DNA of 64,000 bases from a virus (taxonomy: Duplodnaviria; Caudoviricetes). A program made the translations under genes and the position numbers. The stretch is from positions 1 to 64,000 of the IMG/VR virus record IMGVR_UViG_2895427314_000002; one strand, given 5' to 3'. The first letter of the stretch is position 1. The number at the start of each line of letters is the position of its first letter. Shown one piece after another: positions 56,613 through 64,000 of this stretch. The notes under the pieces are model-generated. The model ran no database searches, was not told the origin of the DNA, and was given only the letters and a program-made list of their open reading frames with translations.

Positions 56613-56992
56613 TGGATCGCCGTTGGTGGGTGGTCACCGCCGCCTGCATCGAGGAGGGCGGGATCGTGGTCGAGGCCCCGTCCGCCCGCCAGGCGGTCGC
56701 CCAGGTGAAGCGGAGCCTCGAAGAGGCCGATCATGAGAACGGCAACACGTGGCGGTCGGCCCATGCCTGGGTCCGAGATCAGGCAGTCCAGTTCAGCCAC
56801 GGTCCGCTCGACGACCGTGAGGCCTTCGAGTACGAGCTTGGCTGGACGCTGGCGTCCGCGTTCGCTCGGGTGCTGCTTACGCAATGGCGGGGCGAGCCGG
56901 TGAACCCGATCTCGCGTCAGGAGGCGTTGCGGATAGTGACAGAGGAGCAGGTCGCGGGCATCGAACGGCGGCTGGCGGCCAAGTTTGGGTGA
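56612..56992 (+). CDS. Hypothetical protein
   Basis: TAATG coupling. Confidence 0.65.
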   Translation: MDRRWWVVTAACIEEGGIVVEAPSARQAVAQVKRSLEEADHENGNTWRSAHAWVRDQAVQFSHGPLDDREAFEYELGWTLASAFARVLLTQWRGEPVNPISRQEALRIVTEEQVAGIERRLAAKFG

Positions 56993-57031
56993 CCGTTGAG
57001 TCGTGATCACCGCACGAAAGGATCTTCGCGT

Positions 57032-57049
57032 GCTGGCGGTTCCGCAAAC
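57032..57049. promoter_or_regulatory. Degenerate palindrome GCTGGCG-GTTC-CGCAAAC
   Basis: 2 mismatches, intergenic. Confidence 0.5.
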
Positions 57050-57133
57050 GGCCAGGCATGCGCGGAATGCTCATTATGGAGGCCGCTCGCGGCCTGACTG
57101 ACCTGGTCTGATGGCCAGCGTCGCTCGCGAGGT

Positions 57134-57162
57134 GAGGCGCTGAGATTCGCTCTCAGCGCCTC
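57134..57162. terminator. Hairpin terminator
   Basis: GAGGCGCTGAGA/TCTCAGCGCCTC. Confidence 0.65.
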
Positions 57163-57179
57163 CCTGGCTCACGACAAGA

Positions 57180-57380
57180 TCACACTACGTTCGGATGCCG
57201 GGGATACTTGACGTACGGGGGCCGGACGGACGAAATCTCGACCATCGGGCCGGTCATGCCGGACCTGACCGTGCCATCGCCATATGGATCCGGCATGGGC
57301 CGGGCGTCCTGGGCGAGCGCGGACGTTGCGGTGATCAGTAGCGCTCCACCAGTCAGCAGCGTGACGAGCAGTTTCTTCAT
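57180..57380 (-). CDS. Small secreted peptide
   Basis: MKKLLVTLLTGGALLITATSALA signal peptide; RBS GGGGGA. Confidence 0.65.
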   Translation of the reverse strand: MKKLLVTLLTGGALLITATSALAQDARPMPDPYGDGTVRSGMTGPMVEISSVRPPYVKYPRHPNVV

Positions 57381-57513
57381 GCAGTCCCCCGGTGCGTGAG
57401 GAGTTCGCCTTCGATAGTGCGGTGGTCTGCCCTGATTCGTGTGCGAACGCTGAACGGATCACCGCTGGTATTGGCTCCTGCTGGATCCGGCGGGCCACTA
57501 TCGCGCCATCACA

Positions 57514-58149
57514 TTGATCGATCTGGAGGCACTGGTGCGTCGTATCGAGTACATGCCCCTCCCCGAGATCGTGCGGGCCGTCCGGAATCCCAAGGAGCAC
57601 GATCTCGGCTCCATCAGGAAGTCGATCGAGAAGTTTGGCTGCACGGTCGCGGGCGAGCTGGACGAGCGGACCGGCCGCCTCGTCGCCGGGCACGGGCGGC
57701 TGCTCGTGCTGGAGGCGATGGCCGGCGAGGGCAAGTCGCCGCCCGAGGGCGTCAAGGTCGGCGACGACGGCGTGTGGCTGGCGCCCATCGTGCGCGGCTG
57801 GTCCTCCCGTTCCGACGCGGATGCGGAAGCGTACCTCGTGGCCAACAACTCGACGTCCGAGCGCGGCGGGTGGGACCGCGGCGCTCTGGCCGACATGCTG
57901 GCCGACATCTTCCAGGCCGACGAGGAGCTGCTGGCCGCGACCGGCTACAACCCCACCGACATCGAGGACCTGGTGCCCGCCGACCTCGGGGACGCGCCGC
58001 CCGCGCCGGTGCCAACGCCGGGGCCGGCCGAGCGCGTCGAGCCGCCGGACGTGTGGGGCGTCATCATCACCTGCAACAGCGAGGAGGAGCAGGTCGAACT
58101 TCTGGAGCGGCTGGCCGCCGAAGGCCGCTCTGTCCGAGCCCTCATGTAG
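57514..58149 (+). CDS. ParB/Sulfiredoxin N-terminal domain protein (packaging-associated type)
   Basis: NPKEH...SIEKFG...LVAGHGRL...LVANN; start may be GTG 57535. Confidence 0.8.
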   Translation: MIDLEALVRRIEYMPLPEIVRAVRNPKEHDLGSIRKSIEKFGCTVAGELDERTGRLVAGHGRLLVLEAMAGEGKSPPEGVKVGDDGVWLAPIVRGWSSRSDADAEAYLVANNSTSERGGWDRGALADMLADIFQADEELLAATGYNPTDIEDLVPADLGDAPPAPVPTPGPAERVEPPDVWGVIITCNSEEEQVELLERLAAEGRSVRALM

Positions 58150-59419
58150 GCCCATCACCTGCCCGTCCAGTGCGCAGCGTAGGCTCCGCGCCTGACTGCT
58201 CCTTCGCTGTACTCGTGGCGGGCAGATCGCCAAGTCTCAGTAGGGCGCCAGCAGGCCCGCTCACCAGTCGCCAGCCCGGTGGCCACGTATGCATCCCCTC
58301 AACCTGCGTCACGCGGGCCCCGCCCAGATCGACGCATGCACCCTGCGTGTTCTCGAACGAGACATCGCTGGCGAAGGTTGCGGCGCCGAACCAAGCTCTG
58401 CCCGTGAAGCTCGCTCCGTCGAAGCGCGCATCGCCGGCGAAGGTTGCGGCATCGAACCAAGCTCTGCCCGTGAACTTCGCTCCGTCGAACCAGACATGAT
58501 GGGTGAACATTGTCCCGTTGAACAACGCGTTGCTGGCGAACGTCGCCCCAGTGAACCAGGCGTCGCCGGTGAATCTGGCCTGTTCGAACCAGGCGCGTCC
58601 GGTGAAGGTAGCCGTGACGAACAAGGCGTCGCCGACAAAGGTAGCCCCATCGAGATCGATGTGATGAGCATGGCAGCCAATGAAGTCGAAGTCGAGCAAG
58701 GTGGCATCAGTCAGGTCGAGCCGGATTCCTGGCCAGAAGAGAGGGTTTACGGCGATAGAGCGTTTCCACCAGCGGCGTTTGCTCCAACGTAGGTGATCGG
58801 CCAGCAGGCGTTGGGCGGTCAGCCGAATTTGACGTTCTTCGTCAGTGCTTCGGCCAGTTCGTGTCGTGGTACGGCTTGTAAGCCCAGTGCGCGCGGTTCG
58901 CTGGGCGGTGCGGATCCTCTGCTGCTGGTCGGCCTCGCGCTGCGGTGTCCATGGCATCCGCAAGTAGGAGCAGATCACGTCCACAACCCTTTGCCGTAAC
59001 TCGGGATTGTCTTGCGCGAGTTGTTCGAGGGCATACAGGCCGCCGAGTCGGATGGGAGCTTGGTCGCTGCCGAGTTGCTCCACCGCATTGCTGAACCGGT
59101 CTACGTCAAGCCCTCGTTCGCTGAGTCGGAAGGTTCGCCGGGCCGTGTCAGCATTGCGGGCGGTGTAGAACACGGCCAGCAGTGCGGCCAGGCCAGTGGC
59201 CATCGCCAGAACATTCCCTCGTACGGCAGAGACGGCGGCGGCCCAGTCTTTACCGGTCAGCTCGTTTGGTGGCAAGGATGCTGGTGGCCGAACGTCATCG
59301 TTGAGAGTGATCCCGTCAACGTTTCGCAGCACCCATATGGCGCCCGGACCGAGCATCCATGTCAACGTCAGCACAGCAATGGGCGCCAGCATGACGACGA
59401 TGATCGAGGAAGGTTTCAC
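58142..59419 (-). CDS. Membrane-anchored pentapeptide-repeat protein
   Basis: N-terminal TMs; RFSNAVEQLGS..IRLGGLYALE; ATFTG.AWF repeats; start uncertain. Confidence 0.85.
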   Translation of the reverse strand: MKPSSIIVVMLAPIAVLTLTWMLGPGAIWVLRNVDGITLNDDVRPPASLPPNELTGKDWAAAVSAVRGNVLAMATGLAALLAVFYTARNADTARRTFRLSERGLDVDRFSNAVEQLGSDQAPIRLGGLYALEQLAQDNPELRQRVVDVICSYLRMPWTPQREADQQQRIRTAQRTARTGLTSRTTTRTGRSTDEERQIRLTAQRLLADHLRWSKRRWWKRSIAVNPLFWPGIRLDLTDATLLDFDFIGCHAHHIDLDGATFVGDALFVTATFTGRAWFEQARFTGDAWFTGATFASNALFNGTMFTHHVWFDGAKFTGRAWFDAATFAGDARFDGASFTGRAWFGAATFASDVSFENTQGACVDLGGARVTQVEGMHTWPPGWRLVSGPAGALLRLGDLPATSTAKEQSGAEPTLRTGRAGDGPT

Positions 59420-59530
59420 CGTCAGAAATACCGCTTCGTGCTTGCCGCGCCCATGAATCTGATGATGCCCCGACAGCCTGCCGTGCGGACGCTCAGTGAT
59501 GGGATCGTAACTCGGAATGAGGAGGCGCTC

Positions 59531-60631
59531 GTGCGCGCGGACATCACGCTCGCCACCCCCGTCCACCGCACCGCCCGCGTCCTCCAGTTGCAGGGCTTGT
59601 TCGACGTGCCGCTGGAGGAGAAGCTGACGAACTCCTGGCAGGTGAACCTGCCCGTCGAGGACCGCCGGTGGAACGTCGGCCTGCTCGTCGGCCCGTCCGG
59701 GTCCGGGAAGTCCACCATCGCGAACGAGCTTTGGCCCGGCCGGCTCGTCCGGGATCACCCCTGGGGGGATCGGGCGCTCGTGGACGACTTCCCGCCGGGA
59801 ATGGGCATCAAGGACATCGTCGGCCTGCTGACCGCCGTGGGACTCTCGAGCCCACCCGCGTGGCTCCGGCCGTACAAGACGCTGTCCAACGGGGAGGCGT
59901 TCCGCGCGTCCATGGCCCGCGCCCTCGCCGAGCACCAGGGCCTGCTCGTCGTGGACGAGTTCACCAGCGTGGTGGACCGGCAGGTCGCCAAGGTCGCGTC
60001 GCACGCGGTCGCGAAGTCCGTTCGCCGCGCCGGGCGGCAGCTCGTCGCGGTCACCTGCCACTACGACGTGACAGACTGGCTGCAACCGGACTGGATCTAC
60101 GACCTGGCGGCGGGCTCGTTCGCGTGGAGGTCGGTTCAACCCCGGCCAGCCGTCCAGCTTGACATCCACGCGGCCGACCGGTCCTTGTGGAGCCTGTTTC
60201 GCCACCATCACTATCTGAGCAGCGACATCAGCAACGCCGCGCAATGCTTCGCCGGGTGCATCGACGGCAAACCGGTAGCTTTCGCTGCCTACAGGCACTT
60301 CCAGCATCCGAAGGTGCGTGACATCAAACTCGGTCACCGCCTGGTGGTGCTGCCGGACTTCCAAGGACTGTCGATCGGCGGGCACCTGGAGGACTGGATC
60401 GGCCAGCACCTGCATGCGCAGGGGTTCCGGTACCGGAATGTGACGTCGCACCCGGCGTTGATCGCCTACATGGAGCGCAGCCCGCGGTGGCAGAGGCAGG
60501 GCCGCGCCACCAAGCTCCACACCAGCAGCAAGCGGCGGAACCAGCACGCCAACACTCTGGACCCGCGCCGGCTCGGGCTCGTCTCATTCGAGTACGTTCC
60601 GCCCGCGCGGCCGAGCCGCCCGGTCAGGTGA
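59531..60631 (+). CDS. ABC-type ATPase fused to GNAT/Mom-like acetyltransferase
   Basis: GPSGSGKS, LSNGE, VVDEFTSVVDR; FRHHHYL, RLVVLPDFQGLSIG. Confidence 0.88.
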   Translation: MRADITLATPVHRTARVLQLQGLFDVPLEEKLTNSWQVNLPVEDRRWNVGLLVGPSGSGKSTIANELWPGRLVRDHPWGDRALVDDFPPGMGIKDIVGLLTAVGLSSPPAWLRPYKTLSNGEAFRASMARALAEHQGLLVVDEFTSVVDRQVAKVASHAVAKSVRRAGRQLVAVTCHYDVTDWLQPDWIYDLAAGSFAWRSVQPRPAVQLDIHAADRSLWSLFRHHHYLSSDISNAAQCFAGCIDGKPVAFAAYRHFQHPKVRDIKLGHRLVVLPDFQGLSIGGHLEDWIGQHLHAQGFRYRNVTSHPALIAYMERSPRWQRQGRATKLHTSSKRRNQHANTLDPRRLGLVSFEYVPPARPSRPVR

Positions 60632-60890
60632 GCTTGCTCCGCAGGCTGGCCAGTGCCTCGTCCGGGGTGTCGCCGACGCCGATCATGCCGCCGTGCTCCT
60701 TCCACCAGCCGTACGCAACCCGGTCGTCCGCGAAGGCGTCTTGAGGCACGTCCCACGGCTCCGTCAGGAACGCGGCAAAGGTGCCGCCCTCGTAGCTGCC
60801 GCTGTAGCGCGTCTTGACGATCGTCACCGGGTACAGCGGGTCGATGCCTTCGGGGAAGACGCGGTTCAGGGGGCGGGGCAGGTCGGTCAC
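60624..60890 (-). CDS. Hypothetical protein
   Basis: YPVTIVKTRYSGSYEGG...GDTPDEA. Confidence 0.7.
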   Translation of the reverse strand: MTDLPRPLNRVFPEGIDPLYPVTIVKTRYSGSYEGGTFAAFLTEPWDVPQDAFADDRVAYGWWKEHGGMIGVGDTPDEALASLRSKLT

Positions 60891-61034
60891 GCCGTCATTG
60901 TTCCAGCATCACAGCCGAAACGGGTCGGACATCGGTCGCCGCGTCCGTGTTCGTCATGCCGCCATGCTCGCATCCGCCGCCCCAGCGCGCTTCAGATTCC
61001 TCGTCCTCTGCCAACAACCTCGCAGAACGGAGAG

Positions 61035-62135
61035 ATGACCATGGCCGTCGAGCAGCCGACCGGCATGCGGCGAACGCTGGGGCTGGTGGTTGCCGCTGCC
61101 GCGCTCCTCGCCAGCGCGGTCGCGCAGCCGCCCGCAGCCGCAGCTTCCACGGACGGGGTAGCCGTCCACAAGGACATCGCCTACGCACCCGCGCAACCTG
61201 AGGGCAGCCGCGGTCACCTGCTCGACCTGTACGTGCCGACCCAGGCACACCGTGCGCTGAGACCGGTTCTGATCGTGACGGGCGGCAGCGCCTGGCGTAG
61301 GGACGATGGCAAAGAGTGGGCGGCCCAGATCGCGCCGCGGTTCACCGCAGCGGGCTACGTGGTCGCTGGCGTCAGCGTCCGCTCCAGTGAGCAGGCGGTC
61401 TTCCCGGCCCAGGTGCATGATGCCAAGGCAGCGGTCAGGTGGCTCCGGGCGAACGCGGCCACATACCGGCTCGACCCGAACCGGTTCGCGATGATGGGGG
61501 ACTCCTCCGGCGCTTGGGCGAGCGCCATGGTGGCGGTCACGGGCGACGTACCTGCGCTGGAAGGAGCGGTGGGTGTCACCGGCGTGTCCAGCGCGGTGCA
61601 GGCAGCGGTGGATGTGTACTCGCCGACCGACTTCCTGACGATGAACGCGCAGATGCTTCCGGGGGCCTGCCAGACGTTCAACGCGCAGATGGGAGTGACG
61701 GACTGCCATGATGACCCGGGCTCTCCCGAGTCGCAGCTCATCGGCTGCGCCATTCAGACCTGTCCGGCTCGCGCTCGCGCGGCCAACCCGATCACGTACG
61801 TCTCTCGCGGCGACCCGCCGATCCTCATCGTGCACGGCCAGGCGGACACGCTCGTTCCTCACGGCCAGAGCTGGCTGCTGTACCGCGCGCTGGAGCGCGC
61901 CTGCGTGACCGCCACGTTCTACTCTGTGCCGGGCGTTGGCCACTCCACTGCCATCCTGCGGCCGGATGTCACCAAGCCCGCTGCGCATGCGACGTCGCGC
62001 TGCCGACCCCAGCCAGTGAAGCGGCTGGAGCGTCGGCCGACGCTCGACACCATCGGCGCGTTCATCGAACGCGCCTGGCACCGCACCCGATGCAGGCCGC
62101 CGTCGCCCAGCGCGGCAGCAGGAACGGAGAACTGA
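61035..62135 (+). CDS. Secreted alpha/beta hydrolase (BD-FAE/HSL-like esterase)
   Basis: Signal peptide; LLDLYVP; TGGSAW; GDSSG nucleophile; HGQADTLVP; GH. Confidence 0.88.
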   Translation: MTMAVEQPTGMRRTLGLVVAAAALLASAVAQPPAAAASTDGVAVHKDIAYAPAQPEGSRGHLLDLYVPTQAHRALRPVLIVTGGSAWRRDDGKEWAAQIAPRFTAAGYVVAGVSVRSSEQAVFPAQVHDAKAAVRWLRANAATYRLDPNRFAMMGDSSGAWASAMVAVTGDVPALEGAVGVTGVSSAVQAAVDVYSPTDFLTMNAQMLPGACQTFNAQMGVTDCHDDPGSPESQLIGCAIQTCPARARAANPITYVSRGDPPILIVHGQADTLVPHGQSWLLYRALERACVTATFYSVPGVGHSTAILRPDVTKPAAHATSRCRPQPVKRLERRPTLDTIGAFIERAWHRTRCRPPSPSAAAGTEN

Positions 62136-62137
62136 CC

Positions 62138-62467
62138 ATGGCTGTGCACATCCACCGATACGAGCCCCTCGACACCGTCGTGGAGGCGGTCGAGGTGAAC
62201 GGGCTCGACCTGGACGACATCGTCGTCTGGATCAACGACACCTCCAAGCTGAAGGGCATCGTCGGGCAGACCGCGTTGCGCGGCCGGTCGGCGGAGTACA
62301 TCGACCTGCAGACGCCCGAGGGGATGCTGCGCGCGGTCCTGGGCGACTTCGTGGTGACGGACGGTGCGGGCTCGTTCTGGAAGGTGTCGCGGTCGGTGTT
62401 CCAGCGCAGCTACGCCCCCGTCGCGCCCGCCGGCGAGGAGAGCGGCGAGGACGAGGGCGGGGAGTAG
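62138..62467 (+). CDS. Conserved phage protein
   Basis: VEAV...QTPEG...GDFVV...F..SY. Confidence 0.75.
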   Translation: MAVHIHRYEPLDTVVEAVEVNGLDLDDIVVWINDTSKLKGIVGQTALRGRSAEYIDLQTPEGMLRAVLGDFVVTDGAGSFWKVSRSVFQRSYAPVAPAGEESGEDEGGE

Positions 62468-62724
62468 TGCGGATCCACGTGCTGCGGCTGCCGCTCTACG
62501 AGCTGGGCGGCGTGTCGGAGGAGCCGTTCGCGCTCATCGTGAACCAGGCCCCGCCCGAGGGGGACGGCTGGTCGATGCCCGCGCTGGCGGTGTTCGCCGA
62601 GCAGATCGACGCCCGCGGCGTGTGGGTGACCGCGCACACGGTGGAGATCGTGGACCAGTTCCCACCCGAGATCGTGGATCACGTGCCGATGGGCGGCCCG
62701 GCCGAGACCGTGGACGGCCCCTGA
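62467..62724 (+). CDS. Hypothetical protein
   Basis: TAGTG coupling. Confidence 0.65.
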   Translation: MRIHVLRLPLYELGGVSEEPFALIVNQAPPEGDGWSMPALAVFAEQIDARGVWVTAHTVEIVDQFPPEIVDHVPMGGPAETVDGP

Positions 62725-62726
62725 GC

Positions 62727-62744
62727 GTTGGCGGAACCGACAAC
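62727..62744. promoter_or_regulatory. Near-perfect palindrome GTTGGCG-GAAC-CGACAAC
   Basis: 1 mismatch; directly upstream of small terminase RBS. Confidence 0.75.
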
Positions 62745-62770
62745 GAGCGTCCAGAAGGAGGCGTGCCCGG

Positions 62771-63277
62771 GTGGCCGACGACAAGCGGAAGCTCGAACTC
62801 GCCCAGCGCCGCAACCAGGCGCTCCAGATGCGGATCGCCGGCGTCTCGCCCACGCTGATCGCTGAGCGGCTGGGGTACAACAGCCCGCAGGCTGCGTCCG
62901 GGGACATCACTGCCGCGCTGAAGCGGGCCGCGAAGGTGGAGGGGCTCGCCGCCGAGCATCTGCTGCATCTGGAGTTGTCCCGGCTGGATAGGATGCTGGC
63001 CGCGCTGTGGCCGAAGGTGCTCAAGGGCGAGGTACAGGCGGCGGAAGTCTGCCACAAAATCATTAAGACCCGGGCGTCGCTGACCGGCGTGTCCGAGCTG
63101 AACCGCCACGGTGCCCCGGACAACGACATGGCGTCGCTGCTCGGCGCGATGCTGGCCCAGCTCCAGCAGCGTTACCAGGTGCCCGACCCGGACCTTGACG
63201 CCATCGCCTCGGCCGACGTGCAGGCCGACGTTGTCACGGGCGAAGTGCTGTGGGACGACGCCGGCGGCGAGGCATGA
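62771..63277 (+). CDS. Terminase small subunit (HTH type)
   Basis: RRNQALQMRIAG...IAERLGY...ELSRLD; immediately upstream of large terminase. Confidence 0.75.
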   Translation: MADDKRKLELAQRRNQALQMRIAGVSPTLIAERLGYNSPQAASGDITAALKRAAKVEGLAAEHLLHLELSRLDRMLAALWPKVLKGEVQAAEVCHKIIKTRASLTGVSELNRHGAPDNDMASLLGAMLAQLQQRYQVPDPDLDAIASADVQADVVTGEVLWDDAGGEA

Positions 63278-64000
63278 CCGAGGCGCTCGGGCTGGCGGTG
63301 CGGCTGTCGCCCAAGCAGGAACGGTCGATCGCCGAATCGACGGCACGCCTGAACATCTGGCAGGGGGCTATCCGAAGCGGGAAGACGATCGCTTCGCTGC
63401 TGCGCTGGCTGGCGTTCGTCGCGAACGCGCCGCGCGGCGGATCCCTTATCGTCGTCGGCAAGACCGCCGACACGATCAGCCGGAATATCTTCGACCCGCT
63501 CATGGACGCAGCGATCACAGGGCCGCTCGCGGCGCGGATCTCCTACACCAGGGGTGCCCCCACGGCGACGATCCTGGGCCGCAAGGTGGAGATCATCTCA
63601 TGCGCGGACGCCCGCGCCGAGACCCGGCTGCGCGGCATGACCGGCGTCGGCGCGTACGTGGATGAGATCACGCTGATTGAGCGGCCGTTCTGGGACATGC
63701 TCCTGTCGAGGTTGAGCGTGCCGGGCGCGAAACTCTTCGGGAGCACGAACCCCGACAGCCCTTCCCACTGGCTGAAGCGCGACTTCCTCGACCGGGCCGG
63801 CGAGCTCGACCTGCGGTCGTGGCACTTCAGGTTGGACGACAACCACGCCCTGGACGCCGCGTACGTGGCCGCGCTCAAGAAGGAGTACACCGGGCTCTGG
63901 TACAAGAGATTCGTCCTCGGGGCGTGGGTGATGGCCGAGGGCGCGATCTTCGACATGTGGGACGAAGACCGCCACATGGTCACCAGCCTGCCACTGATGG
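63274..64000 (+). CDS. terL: PBSX-family terminase large subunit (truncated by window)
   Basis: GAIRSGKT Walker A, AYVDE Walker B, STNPDSPSHWLK, YKRFVLGAW..AEG. Confidence 0.93.
   Translation, partial: MTEALGLAVRLSPKQERSIAESTARLNIWQGAIRSGKTIASLLRWLAFVANAPRGGSLIVVGKTADTISRNIFDPLMDAAITGPLAARISYTRGAPTATILGRKVEIISCADARAETRLRGMTGVGAYVDEITLIERPFWDMLLSRLSVPGAKLFGSTNPDSPSHWLKRDFLDRAGELDLRSWHFRLDDNHALDAAYVAALKKEYTGLWYKRFVLGAWVMAEGAIFDMWDEDRHMVTSLPLM

Larger units (their letters stand above)
1..64000. mobile_element. Large temperate actinophage / prophage or phage-plasmid (partial; neither end in window)
   Basis: Dense coupled small ORFs, YqaJ/RecT, RuvC-like, WhiB, repressor, replication origin, small and large terminase; no housekeeping genes. 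Confidence 0.9.

Noticed and set aside
58142-60547. 801-aa ORF as one protein, and extended starts of 59012, 32667, 19019 and 15688
   Set aside because: N-terminal parts overlap real genes in other frames or strands; RBS and motifs support later starts
2315-62744. 18-bp palindromes as canonical parS or intrinsic terminators
   Set aside because: No match to GTTTCACGTGAAAC, no ParA in the window and no T-tracts; arms are sequence-fixed, unlike the varied terminators here. A non-canonical parS is not excluded
1-64000. tRNA, rRNA, attL/attR, reverse transcriptase or cas genes
   Set aside because: None recognised by eye; tRNAscan/Infernal would be needed to exclude small RNAs

Overview
High-GC (about 70%) actinomycete DNA. 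It reads as the early, regulatory and replication half of a large temperate phage (prophage or phage-plasmid), ending in the DNA-packaging module (small terminase and a truncated PBSX-type large terminase). Most genes are short, translationally coupled + strand phage hypotheticals. Recognisable genes include an ArdC-like protein and a cluster of candidate DNA-modification enzymes (PP-loop protein, C5 methyltransferase, Mom-like GNAT, DUF5131, DUF4326, frameshifted TGT/DpdA-like gene). Others are an RNA polymerase alpha-CTD-like protein, ASCH, an AfsR/SARP-NB-ARC-TPR regulator with a Methyltransf_19 partner, an XRE-like repressor, YqaJ/RecT, a RuvC-like resolvase and WhiB. There is also a PAPS-reductase-family gene with a LAGLIDADG intein, a small replication initiator followed by an iteron/DnaA-box origin, a tyrosine recombinase, a ParB-like protein, an ABC-ATPase-GNAT fusion and several moron-like cargo genes. 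Four non-coding signals stand out: (1) an 18-bp palindrome GTTGGCG-N4-CGCCAAC in 10 perfect and 4 near-perfect copies across the window, mostly at gene junctions and promoters; (2) a 1,346-bp transposase-less mini-transposon with TGT...ACA ends, internal 18-bp repeats and a 5-bp target duplication, which splits a phage gene; (3) a second shared operator-like motif at two divergent regulator switches; (4) cargo genes flanked by short duplications. All family assignments are from motif recognition by eye, not database searches.
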